A stretch of DNA of 64,000 nucleotides from Octopus sinensis. Taxonomy: Eukaryota. The notes under the pieces were generated by a model. That model was not told where the DNA came from, searched no databases, and saw nothing but the letters and a program-made list of their open reading frames with translations. Made by a program: the position numbers and the translations under genes. This document shows, piece by piece, positions 26,700 through 39,501 of this stretch; positions within the stretch are counted from its first letter, which is position 1, and every line of letters starts with the position of its first letter. Where the stretch lies: contig NC_043008.1 of NCBI RefSeq assembly GCF_006345805.1, positions 372,001-436,000 of the forward strand, read 5' to 3'.

Positions 26700-26880
26700 T
26701 AAATCCACAATTTCTTTTCATTCTCTGCTTTTTTCCTCATGTTCCTTCCTGTTCAAGAGCGTAGACTCGAAACGTAAAAGACTTTCACACCTTCCCAAGC
26801 ATCAAACTAATACACTTGCTGGTTGTTTAAAAGCCTGTCTTCGTCTTTTGCTTTTCTGTGAATTTCAACTAATAGATATA
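26700..26880 (+). mobile_element. Penelope-like pLTR fragment with decayed minimal hammerhead motif
   Basis: AAGAGCGTAGACTCGAAACGTAAAAG; homologous to the minus strand of 34450-34635; ends in (TA)n. Confidence 0.6.
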
Positions 26881-26949
26881 TATAATATAATATATATATA
26901 TATAGATATAATATATATATATATATGTACTTATTTATATATTATATAT

Positions 26950-27425
26950 ATATAATATTATAATATCATATATATATATGTATGTATGTATATTATATAT
27001 ATATATATTATATGCATAAATATATATATATTTATATGTACATACATACATGCACACATACATACATACATACATACATACATACATACATACGCACATA
27101 CATACATACATACATACATACATACATACATACATACATTCATACATACATACGCACATACATACATACATTCATACATACATACATACATTCATACGTA
27201 CGTACGTACATACATACATACATATATACATACATACGTACGTACGTACATACATACATACACACACACATACATACATGCATACATACATACATACATA
27301 CATTCATACGTACGTACGTACATACATACGTACATACATATATACATACATACGTACGTACGTACGTACATACATACATATATACATACATACATACATA
27401 CATACATACATACATACATACATGT
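26950..27425. repeat. Long (TACA)n tract with TACG/TTCA/CGCA variants
   Basis: Direct inspection. Confidence 0.95.
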
Positions 27426-27629
27426 AACGATCTGTACAGCATTTATAATGTTTACACAAACGTAGAACATAATTTTGCATTAACATTTTCTCTTGGGGAA
27501 AAGTCTCTTAAAAGACTTTCTTACTCTCTGTCTCTCCCTCTATTTCTTTTTATTCTTCTCTCGAACTCACTCTCTTTTCCTCTATTCTTCTCTCTCTCTC
27601 TCCCAAATGTTCCCGTTCTCTCTCTCTTA

Positions 27630-27675
<46 letters not shown>

Positions 27676-27872
27676 TGGTTACATGTGTATATGTGTGTGT
27701 TTGTGTATATACGTGAGTGCGTGTGTATGAGCATGTGTGAGAGAGCGAGTATCTCTGTGTTTCTGACAGTTCGTTTAATGTACGTAATATATCTTCTCTC
27801 GGAGAATGGCGACGAACTAGCAGAATCGTTAGCACGCCGGACGAAACGTTGGGCTGCATGCATGCATGTATG

Positions 27873-27969
<97 letters not shown>

Positions 27970-28317
27970 TGTGTGTGTGTGTGTGTGTAATGTATGTATG
28001 TATGTATGCATGTATGTATATATTTATGTATGTATGATTTCTTGAGTTTAATTTAGTTTTTTTCTTGATAGAGTTCAAGTCAGTTGCTGACAAAGCGGAG
28101 ATCGAGTTTTTGAGTTAAAATGGTTCCCGTCTTTTTGTAAATATGCGGTTGAGATGGTCTACTGGTTGAACTGTCGATGCATACAACGAATGTGAGCATC
28201 TATTCACATAAGAACCTCATTTGGAGAATTTGGAGAATGTCTTACAAACCTTCACTGTGCCACTAACAGATTGGATTTGAAAAATCCTCGTCAGTTGTAT
28301 ATATGTATGTATGTATG

Positions 28318-28351
<34 letters not shown>

Positions 28352-28450
28352 TGTATGTATGTATGTATGCATGCATGCATGCATGCATGTATGTATGTAT
28401 GTATGTATGTATGTATGTATGTATGCATGCATGTATGTATGTACGTACAT

Positions 28451-28504
<54 letters not shown>

Positions 28505-28867
28505 GTCAATACAAGTGAATTTCTATAAACGTTTGGTCGAATGATTCAGTGAATAGACTCTTTCAAATTGATGGCTTATTTGAATATGGAGAAGTTATGT
28601 TCTTGGCGTAGCAACATGTTCAGAAATACTTTTTTTTTCCCTGATAGCAGCATTTATAGAGATATTTATGCTTCCTGTAACATCGACATCGTGATTATAG
28701 AAGTTACACCTGTTCCATTGAAAACAACATTTGTATAAAGTGATTTTTTTCAAGCAACATCTATAAAAAATGAGATTTGTTCTTCGTGCAAAAACACGTA
28801 ATCAGGAATGTATTTAGGCTTCAAGTGACTTATTTGATTCGTCCGTTAACATAAGAGTATAACAAAG

Positions 28868-29297
28868 ATGGTGAGATGGCAGAATCGTAAGCACGAGAAG
28901 CAAAATGCTTAGCGGCATTTCGTCTGCCGTTACGTTCTGAGTTCAAATTCCACCGGGGTTGACTTTGCCTTTCATCTTTTCGGGGTCGATACATCAAGTA
29001 CCAGTTACGCACTGGGGTCGACGTAATCGACTTAATCCGTCTGTCTGTCCTTGTTTGTCCTCTCTGTGTTTAGCTCCCTGTGGGCAGTAAAGAAATAAGA
29101 ATCGTAAGCATGACGGGCAAAATGCTTAGCGGCATTTCGTCCGTCTTTACGTTCTGATTTCGAATTACGCCGAGGTCGACTTTACTTTTCATCCTTTCGT
29201 GATCGAAAAAATAAGTGCTAGTCGAGTACTTGGGTCAGTGTAATCGACTTATCCCTCTCCTAAAATTACTGGCCTTGTGCCAAAATGTGAAACCAGT
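28868..29297 (+). mobile_element. SINE family A dimer (type 2 junction)
   Basis: GTGGGCAGTAAAGAAATAA|GAATCGTAAGC at about 29081-29110. Confidence 0.88.
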
Positions 29298-30604
29298 ATA
29301 AGAGGATAGTAGTCTCCGATTGATTGAGAATTAACACAATAATTTAGCCATCGATTAAATCTATGTACGCAATTTCACTCATTAGGACATCATGAAACAT
29401 AGTTCGATCTTTTTCAATAAACAGAAAGTTAGAAAAAATATTTCGTTTAACACTTTGACTACGTAATTAAATTTCGTGGTCATTCCCGTAATGATGTTAA
29501 TAACTATCTACCAAAGAAAAGAATATTTTCTGCTTCTGCGATACTTTTTCATTATCTTCTGTAAGTATGGTTATCAAACCCACCATTGAAAGTGTTTGAT
29601 TCGTGTTCTGTAACGCAATATTTGATGAAATGCGTGAAAAAAAAGTTAAGAAAACCTAAAAAAAAGTCGTCTTTTGTAAAAAGTGTCACGGAGCGGGGAT
29701 GGGGCTTCGTCTCTCGAAACATAAGGATTTTTTTTTTTCAACGCCTTTGAGTAAAATATCTTTCAACAGTAAACGGTAATAACATTTTGAGTGAATATAT
29801 CCGCTTCCCGCTTTCAAAGGGTTAATACACCAGCAAAGCTGTGTCTTTCATGATTAAGGAGGAAAATAGAAAAATCTGAAAGGGATCCGCTAGGTGACAC
29901 ATGGAAAATCTTCAAATTACAAAATGATATGATGCGGTTGGACATTGAATGACTTGTACATATTCTGAAATATTTTCCATTTTAGCTTTAGATTAATTTA
30001 ACTGAAAGAATGTTCGCTCCTGACGAAATAGAAAAATTTTCACAACAAAATCTGTCAATGATTTCTACATTTCACTTTTTCCCTATTTGAAAGATTAAAT
30101 AAGAATTTTAATAGACAAGAACCTTAAAATGATTGAGTACCATGCCATGGCAAATACGTTTCAATGATTGAAAAGCCTGCCAAAATTGTCATTTATAGCC
30201 TGTCCGATAACATAATCCCGAAGATGAAAAACGAAGCCAGTACAGGAGTAAAACTAATAAATTAAATATGAATCTATAAGGCAAGGAAATATCGGTTTTA
30301 CTGCATAGGAAGTAAAATTGTTACGGCGTAGAGAGAAGCGTAAAGTTATCGGTTTCAGTAAAGTGTTCTACGACGTTGTGTTGCGGCGAAAATGTAATAA
30401 ATTGAAGTGCTGATACGTCGATGTGTTGGATTTTAATAGGGGTGAGGCATGTTGAAAATAAGTGGCAACAAGTTAGATTCTGTTTTGGTTGTTGCACCAA
30501 TTTACGCTTCGTCCTCGATCACATTGTCTATTTACAACTGATGTCTCGATACGAAACGTTGGAGCAAAACATGAGTGCTAGCTCAAAGTTCTGTAGAACG
30601 TCTA

Positions 30605-31015
30605 GAAATACCTATTTCTTTACTACCCACAAGGGGCTAACACAGAGAGGACAAACAAGGACAGACAGTCGATTGTCTCAACCCTAGTGCGTAACTGGTA
30701 CTTAATTTATCGACCCCGAAAGGATGAAAGGCAAAGTTGACCTCGGTGGAATTTGAACTCAGAACGTAACGGCAGACGAAATACCTATTTCTTTACTACC
30801 CACAAGGGGCTAAATACAGAAGGGACAAACAAGGACAGACAAACGGATTAAGTCGATGATATCGACCCCAGTGCGTAACTGGTACTTAATTTATCGACTC
30901 CGAAAGGATGAAAGGCAAAGTCGACCTCGGTGGAATTTGAACTCAGAACGTAGCGGCAAACGAAATACCGCTAAGCATTTCGCCCGGCGTGCTAACGTTT
31001 CTGCCAGCTCGCCGC
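30605..31015 (-). mobile_element. SINE family A dimer plus stub of a third unit
   Basis: Junctions AAAGAAATAG|GTATTTC at about 30610 and 30785. Confidence 0.9.
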
Positions 31016-31016
31016 C

Positions 31017-31685
31017 AGCGTCGAGAAAATATTGTACATTATTTGTTCTAGCTCTTAACGTTCTGAGTTCAAATCTTGCTGAGATTAATTCTCATCAATG
31101 CTCTCTATTATTTCCGAGTTCATAAAATAAATTATCAGTCAAGTACTGTGATCGATGGTATCAAAATAACCCTCTCCCTTCGCAATTGCTGACATTGGGC
31201 CTCAATTAGAAACTGTTATAACAAGAGCACTCAGAAAGCGCAAACCTCCGCCAAAGCAACACCGACGTCCTCCTCAATGATTAGCCAGAGATGATTTTTA
31301 AAACAAGAATATCTGAAATAAACTCCACTGCTCTCACAAACAAGAATACTAAAAATGAACCCAACCGCTCTCAAAAGTCAATTGAAAAAAAAAACTGGGA
31401 AAATATTCCACAATCCTTGTTCGGTACCGGATCGATCCCAAAATCTAATCAGTCCGTGCCAGTCTCGAGGCCAAACATCCCTGCTAGCTAGCTGCCTTAG
31501 CAAATTAAAATTAAATTAAATTAAAATGTATTTGTCACGGAAGAATCCCAAGTATTAGAACGACCTTTTATGTGTATTAGAACGACCTTAAATACCTAAT
31601 GATCTTATAAAAGCTGGAGGTAGTGCTGTACTATAGTAGCGAAGCATTTAGCGCAGGTCTTCTGGAAATGTAGAGCACATACCAT
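31017..31685 (+). repeat. Segmental duplication copy 2
   Basis: Matches 25646-26313. Confidence 0.95.
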
Positions 31686-31971
31686 TGTTTTAAAGGACGA
31701 GGGTGAAATTTGGTCTCTATTCTTTGTAGATAGCGGAAACTCATACTGGCATCCATGTATGTATGCATATATACATGCATACATACATACATACATACAT
31801 ACATACATACATACATACATACACACATACATACATACATACATACATACATACATACATACATACATACATACATACGAAGATATATATATTGTATTTG
31901 GGGCTGGTCATGTTGCCAGCTAAGCTAATACGAATATATAAACATATATACACACACACACACACACACAT

Positions 31972-32053
<82 letters not shown>

Positions 32054-32439
32054 CGGTACTTGCGTACACATATACATATTAATCCATCCATTTAGCCTCA
32101 CTTGAAATATAGACTGAGTAAGAATCGTATTTCAGGGAATCCTATTTGACAGATAAATATTCTGGTTAGGGGCACAATAAATCAAAACTACGAGATGAAA
32201 TCTCTTGGGCACAAATAGAAATCCAGCAGCTACATAATTAAGTCACCGAGAAAAATTATTTAAGATAAATATGTATAGAACCTTATTAACTTATCTCTCG
32301 GAACTGGAATTTTACCTGAATTCTAAAAAGAAAACTTGAACGTTTTCTGAAGTGTAAAATGGAACTATACTAATCACCTGTAATTAAAAAGTATTCATAT
32401 CCTGTTATAAGCTATCCAGTTATTTTATACTTGTTTCTG

Positions 32440-32671
32440 TCAGTTGATAGCGGCAATGCTGGGGCACCACCTTGATTTTTTTTTTTTTTTCGTCGAATGA
32501 ATCGACTCCGGTACTTATCCTTTTTTAAAGTCTGGTAGTTATTCTATCGCTATCTCTTGTCGAACCGCTAAGTCACAGCGACTTAAACATACCATCACCG
32601 GTTGTCAAGTGCTGGTGGGGGACAAACATAAACTGAAAGACGCACACACACACACATACACACTCATACAT

Positions 32672-32700
<29 letters not shown>
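32440..32700 (-). mobile_element. SINE family C, 3' half
   Basis: GCGGCAATGCTGGGGCACCACC..GGTGGGGGACAAACA. Confidence 0.82.
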
Positions 32701-32726
<26 letters not shown>

Positions 32727-32767
32727 AGGTATTAGTGTATCTCAGACAACCTACTAACATATATATC

Positions 32768-32800
<33 letters not shown>

Positions 32801-32914
32801 AAGCAATAAAGATTCAAGTTAATTTAAATGAATTTACTTGAATATGGTACCTAACTTAGATGCACCAAAAAAACTATACGGTTTTAACAATACAGTAATG
32901 TGGGGTGATTATAA

Positions 32915-33097
32915 GCGAGAAAGAAGCAACAAGAATGGATAGGTTTTAGTACAATCGTTTCATACAAGGGCAGGCTTTATTAAAAGTTGCAAAAATTGCA
33001 GCATATATGCTGCAATTTTTGCAACTTTTAATAAAGCCTGCCCTTGTATGAAACGATTGTACTAAAAACCTATCCATTCTTGTTGCTTCTTTCTCGC
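32915..33097. repeat. Spacer-less palindrome with 91/92-bp arms
   Basis: GCGAGAAAG...GCATA|TATGC...CTTTCTCGC; only a 1-bp homopolymer difference between arms. Confidence 0.97.
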
Positions 33098-33119
33098 GTA
33101 TATATATATTATATATATA

Positions 33120-34430
33120 TATAAAATATTATTAGAGACAAAACCACTATTTTGCAAAACAAACAAGGAAAGACTTAATCAATACATAAAATTTTAATAA
33201 ATAGTCAAAAAAACCGCCACTACAATCGTTTCTTGTCTTGATCGACAATCTTCAGGTGGACTTCCAATCTAAAAAATCAATATTTAAAAAATAAAAAAAT
33301 AATAATTTTAAAATAATTAAAGTATGAATGAAAAAATATAAGTATATAATCCATATATAACCTATATATAATCCATATATAATCAATATATAAACAATAT
33401 ATAAACTAAAAAAAACCTATCAACAATTAAATATAAACTATAAAATATAAAATATAAAATATAAAACAAAACAATAAAATAATAATAATATAATAATAAA
33501 CTATATATACACCCATACACATATACCTAATTATATATAACCATATCTAACTACATACACTAAATCACACACCTATATATATATCCCTATACATACACAT
33601 AAAAACGTCTAGGCAACTATAAATAAATAAAATAGCTAAATACTTCAACACAATACTTATTCATACTCCCACACACACACACATACAACCCACATTCACG
33701 CTCTAGAAAACAGACATCACTCAAAACTATGAACGGAGAAATGGAATAAATGGAATTAAAAATTATATTCACTTGGTAAAAACGAACACTACTTAAAAAT
33801 TATGAATGAAACAATGCAATAAAACAACAGACATCGCAAATAGACACAAATTACTACGAATTCCTTAACAAACCTATCATGATAAACCAAAAACTCATAA
33901 AAACATATAATGATAAAATCTCCCTTTACTAAACTCTATAACAAACCTATATAGCAATCCCCCTAACCTAAACATTCACACACAAATACACACACGTAAA
34001 CCACACACCCACGACATATACAAATACCCACACCACTTACACATACCAATACATACATATAAACCTCAACATATACTCCAAAAACCCACTCAACCCCACA
34101 CAGACAAATAAACACAAAAATTATGAATGGATTCTTTTATAAAACTACCATGATAAGCTAAAACTCACAAAACAGAAATGATAAACCCTCCCTTTACTAA
34201 ACACTATAACATACTTATATAGCAATCCCTTTAACCTATACATTCACACACAAAAAAAAACACACGTAAACCACACACCCATAACAAATACAAACACCCA
34301 CCCCACTCACACACACCCACAAGTACATATAAGCCTCAACATATACACCAAACAAAATTACTTTACCAAGGAACTTAACATATGTATAAAAAGTATAACC
34401 GCTCTGGAAACGAACATCTCTAAACTAATA
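33120..34430 (-). mobile_element. Penelope-like element remnant between (TA)n tracts
   Basis: Strong strand asymmetry (plus strand G-poor), hammerhead motif near the end, and a diverged ~260-bp internal direct repeat; no ORF recognised. Confidence 0.55.
33217..33259 (-). ncRNA. Minimal type I hammerhead ribozyme motif
   Basis: CCAC-CUGAAGA-UUGUC(GAUCAA)GACAA-GAAAC-GAUU-GUA-GUGG: intact core, 5-bp stem II, 4-bp stem I, GUA cleavage triplet. Confidence 0.8.
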
Positions 34431-34449
34431 TATATATATATATATATAT

Positions 34450-34635
34450 AGCTGGAATTACCAAAAAAAGCAAAAGAAGAAGACAGGTGGTGTAAACAAC
34501 AAACAGTTGTATTAGTTTAACGCTCGAGAAGTGAGAAAGTCTTTTATGTTTTGAGCCTACGCTCTTCAACGGAAAGGAACACAGAAAGAAACAGTAAGGG
34601 AAAATAAATAAGGTTTAGTGGCTATCGATCAAATC
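34450..34635 (-). mobile_element. Penelope-like pLTR fragment
   Basis: Homologous to 26700-26880; starts at (TA)n. Confidence 0.6.
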
Positions 34636-34654
34636 AATGTATATGTATATCATA

Positions 34655-34800
34655 GGCTTCTTTCAATTTCCGTCAACCAAATCCACTCAGAAGGCTTTGG
34701 TCGGCCCGAGGCTATAGAAGGAGACACCTTGTCCAAGGTGCCATGCACTGGGACTGAACCTGGATCCTTGTGGTTGGGAAGCAAGTTTCATGTCGCACAC
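34655..34800 (-). mobile_element. SINE family C, 5' half
   Basis: GGCTTTGGTCGGCCCGAGGCTATAG..GGGACTGAACC..TGGTTGGGAAGC. Confidence 0.85.
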
Positions 34801-35451
34801 TCAGCATTTGATCTATATTAACAAGATGTATTAAAATACTCTTTAAAGTTTATACAGATTATTTAATTCTAGTTTAATACCCGATTTACTGACTGCCCAC
34901 GCACGCAGATTTATCAAAAGAACTAGTTTTAAAATCAATTACGTTATTTATCATGCATTTATTGGTCACAAAGAAAACAGACGTCAAACAAAAGCTGTGT
35001 GGGAGGAAAATTTGTAATTTTAGCGAATGCTTCTGGGAGACTTTAAATCATGAAAACATGAAGTGTTGTTGTTTTTGTTGTTGTTGTTACTGCTGCTGCT
35101 GCTGTTGTTGTTGTTGTTGTTTCATCTATTATTTTGAGGTCAGCAATAATCGATCAGGCTCATGATCAAACAAACGTTTTAAGCCATTACGTCTGTTTTT
35201 AAATGCTTAAGGAAAAATATGGCCGACAGAAGCTAAATTCAGAAAAAGTGCTGAGCATATTAAACACGCGTACGGTAAGCGTTTCATATATACAATAAAG
35301 CTGAGTTCAAAAGCTTCCTTTAACTCAGATTGCCCATGCAATTAGTAATCAAAATCTCCCTCTGATGGTGGTTCAAAGCCGAAACACATAAATCAAGGGA
35401 GTTAACTCCAGTAGCATAGCTATCTAAAACTACGTTATCCAATGTGCTCTG

Positions 35452-35501
<50 letters not shown>

Positions 35502-35720
35502 TTTCTTTCTTTCTTTCTTTCTCTCTTTCTTCCTTTCTTGATTTTATTCTCCGTTGAATGTGTTTTTGTCGCTGTTGTTGATGATGATGGTGATGAAGAG
35601 GAGGAGAAAAGCATGGAGGTAAGGAGGAGGAGGGGGAGGAGGAGGAAAAGGAGGAGAGAGAGAGAGGGTCATTTTGCCCGGAGTGCTAACGACTCTGCCA
35701 GCTCGCCGCCTCTTACAAAA

Positions 35721-35721
<1 letters not shown>

Positions 35722-35781
<60 letters not shown>

Positions 35782-35785
35782 CAAC

Positions 35786-35820
<35 letters not shown>

Positions 35821-35886
35821 CAACAATAATAATAATGATAATAATAATAATAATAACAATAACAACAACAACAATAATAATAATAA
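35722..35886. repeat. (AAT)n/(AAC)n tract
   Basis: Direct inspection. Confidence 0.97.
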
Positions 35887-36042
35887 CGAATTAGACGCAG
35901 GCATAACTATGCGATAAGAAGACTCGGCTCCGGGTTCATTTCCACAGCGCGGCCCCTGAGTCAAATGTCTTCTACTGTAGCCTCAGACCGACCGAAGTCT
36001 TGCGTGTAGATTTGGTAGACAGCAACTGAAAGAAGCTTATCG

Positions 36043-36204
<162 letters not shown>

Positions 36205-36319
36205 TATAGATATATATATACTTATTTAAAAGCAGCAGAAATTCAACGAAACCTGTTACTCGGAGTTTCATGTTCTCGTTCGTCGGATAGAATTGTGATA
36301 TCGGTTCAATTTTATCAAA

Positions 36320-36357
36320 CTGTCCGACGAACGGTAACGTGAAACTCCGAGTAACAG
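36320..36357 (+). ncRNA. Type I hammerhead-like motif with CCGACGA core variant
   Basis: CUGU-CCGACGA-ACG(GUAA)CGU-GAAAC-UCCGA-GUA-ACAG; identical copy at 36844-36881. Confidence 0.6.
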
Positions 36358-36843
36358 GTTTTGTTGAATTTCTATTGCTCTACATATTACTCTACCCCTG
36401 GTATTTGAGTACTCTTTTTTCCACCTTGTTTCACATTTATGTGTTTACTCCGGTATATATATATATAAAATTAAGTAGTAAACGCATCAAGGTAGAATCG
36501 GTGTGAGCGCAGACGTCTACCGACATTGTACATTGTCATATGCGTACTCACTGAAGTAAATACGGGTTTGTAACAGTTTTTACGACAACTTTGCAGCTTT
36601 ATCAATTAAGTATATTACTCTAGTAATTAAGCACATTACTCTACCTCCAGCATTGGAGTACTATTTTTTCCACTCTTTTCGCATTTATGTGCTAACTTTG
36701 GTTGATATATATATATATATATATATATATAGATATATATATACTTCATTTAAAAGCAGCAGAAATTCAACGAAACCTGTTACTCGGAGTTTCATGTTCT
36801 CGTTCGTCGGATAGAATTGTGATATCGGTTCAATTTTATCAAA

Positions 36844-36881
36844 CTGTCCGACGAACGGTAACGTGAAACTCCGAGTAACAG
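36844..36881 (+). ncRNA. Second copy of the CCGACGA-variant hammerhead-like motif
   Basis: Identical to 36320-36357; offset 524. Confidence 0.6.
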
Positions 36882-37228
36882 GTTTTGTTGAATTTCTATT
36901 GCTCTACATATTACTCTACCCCTGGTATTTGAGTACTCTTTTTTCCACCTTGTTTCACATTTATGTGTTTACTTACTCCGGTATATATATATAAAATTAA
37001 GTAGTAAACGCATCAAGGTAGAATCGGTGTGAGCGCAGACGTCTACCGATATTGTACATTGTCATATGCGTACTCACTGAAGTAAATACGGGTTTGTAAC
37101 AGTTTTTACGACAACTTTGCAGCTTTATCAATTAAGTATATTACTCTAGTAATTAAGCACATTACTCTACCTCCAGCATTGGAGTACTATTTTTTCCACT
37201 CTTTTCGCATTTATGTGCTAACTTTGGT

Positions 37229-37282
<54 letters not shown>

Positions 37283-37305
37283 ATAAGCAACAAGAATGAC
37301 TCCGG

Positions 37306-37397
37306 TAATTTGGTACGATCGTTTCGTACTATATCATTTTATTAAATGTTTTAAGTATACAACAGATTTAAAATGCCGAGTACTCATCAGCCAATTA
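37306..37397 (-). ncRNA. Type I hammerhead ribozyme motif with long loop II
   Basis: UAAUUGG-CUGAUGA-GUACU(~48 nt)AGUAC-GAAAC-GAUC-GUA-CCAAAUUA; palindromic helix III ACGAUCGU. Confidence 0.78.
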
Positions 37398-37809
37398 TAG
37401 AGGTTTTCCATTAATGCAAATATGGATAACACCATACAAAATTCTGGTGCATCTAAATTAAGTACCATATTGATTTGAATCTAAATTTTTGCTGAACCTA
37501 TATAAATATATATATATATATATGTGTGTGTGTGTCTTTGTGTCTGAGTTTGGCCTCCACCGCTTCACAACCAACGTTGGTTTGTTTACATGCCCGTAAC
37601 CTAGCGGTTCGGTGAAGGAGACGGATGGGATAAGTAGCAGACTTAAAAAAAAATATATCAGTTCTGGGGTCGATTAATTCGACTGAAAGTTCGTCGGGGC
37701 GGCGCTCCAGCATGACCGCAGCATGACGAGTGAACCAAGTAAACGATAAAGAGTAAACGATAATATAAACGAAATGTTGAATGTTTTATGTGTAACTTTT
37801 AGCCCGCCC

Positions 37810-37854
<45 letters not shown>

Positions 37855-38052
37855 TGTGTATGAATGCAGCTACGTCTGTATGTATTAAGTTGAGCAGGTT
37901 TTCCTTGGCCCAAAGCGTGTAAAGATCTTTGTATTAGAATGTCTTTTGTGTGGAATTGTAACAATATAGCGAGTGTTCGTGAGGGTATTGAACCGACTTC
38001 CCTAACCGCCGTCTGCACTCGTTGTGTGCATGTGTCGCTATATAATTATGCA

Positions 38053-38105
<53 letters not shown>

Positions 38106-38662
38106 GTGTGTGTGTGTGCGCGCGTGCGTGCGTGTTTCTGTGCTAACTCCTATATACATGCATATATACATACATACATATATACATGTATATGTATGTA
38201 GATATATATATATATGTATATGTCTATATATGTATATATATATTATATATGTAAGAATACATATATATATATATTGTGTGTGTGTGTGTGTATACATATA
38301 TATACACATATATATTACACACACGAACAGACAAATATAAATATATATTGATATATATATATGTATATTTACATATACATATCTCTCTCTCTCTCACATA
38401 CACGTGCACACACACACACACACATACACACACACATACACGCGCGCACGCACGCACGTCGCTGAACTTGGCCTCAATACCGAGGCCCTTTTAGTCTTTT
38501 GCCGCGCAGAATGTTTGCCTCGTTTTCACAAGGGAACACAAATAACTTTGTGTTGGAACTCTGACACACCGTCTGGTCTGGTCCGTCTGGGAAGACGGCG
38601 GCGGGGAAAGCAGTCTAATGACGGCGGGAAACAAGGGGTGGGGCAGACTGGTCGATTGAGCA

Positions 38663-38671
38663 ACAGTAGTG

Positions 38672-38748
<77 letters not shown>

Positions 38749-38798
38749 TGTTGTTGTTGTTGTTCTGGTAGTAGTACTAGTAGTAGTAATAGTAGTAA

Positions 38799-38834
<36 letters not shown>

Positions 38835-38848
38835 CAGCAGCAGTAGTA
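38663..38848. repeat. (AGT)n/(GTT)n compound repeat
   Basis: Direct inspection. Confidence 0.96.
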
Positions 38849-38952
38849 GAATGTAGGGCTGAAGGCGAATGGATCATCGAGAGGGGTTTGTAAGTTGGAG
38901 GCGGGTTGTTATAATAAGGGAGAGAGTAAGAGAGAAAGAGAGAATGGAGGGA

Positions 38953-38993
<41 letters not shown>

Positions 38994-39435
38994 GGTGGGT
39001 GTGAGGGAGGGAGGGAGTTAATGAAGGAGCTGTGAAGGAAAGTAAGGGTCTGAAAGAGAAAAGGAAATGAAAATTGATAAAGGATAAAGTAAAAAAAGGC
39101 GGGAAGAGGGGAAAGGAAGTTTGAAGGGGAAAAAAGGGGTGGGAAAAGGGTGGGCGAGGAAAAATATTTCGACTTCGACACATCATGTTGTTCCCTGGCC
39201 CCTACCGAGCATTCCAGTACCAACTACACCGCCACCACCACCAACAACATCAACACTAACAAATATCACTCACCTCACACATACACACGTACAAAGTTTA
39301 CATCCGGGGCAGTACCGCCATTGCCACCACCACCACCACCACCACTACCACTACCAGTGCTACTACTTCATATACAATACGCAGTGTTTACCAAACCTAA
39401 CACGACTATCACCAACACTAATAATAATAATAATG

Positions 39436-39501
<66 letters not shown>

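Larger units (their letters stand above)
36220..37230 (+). repeat. Tandem duplication of a ~525-bp Penelope-like unit
   Basis: 36220-36705 matches 36744-37230 with a few small indels and one substitution; units separated by (TA)n. Confidence 0.95.
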
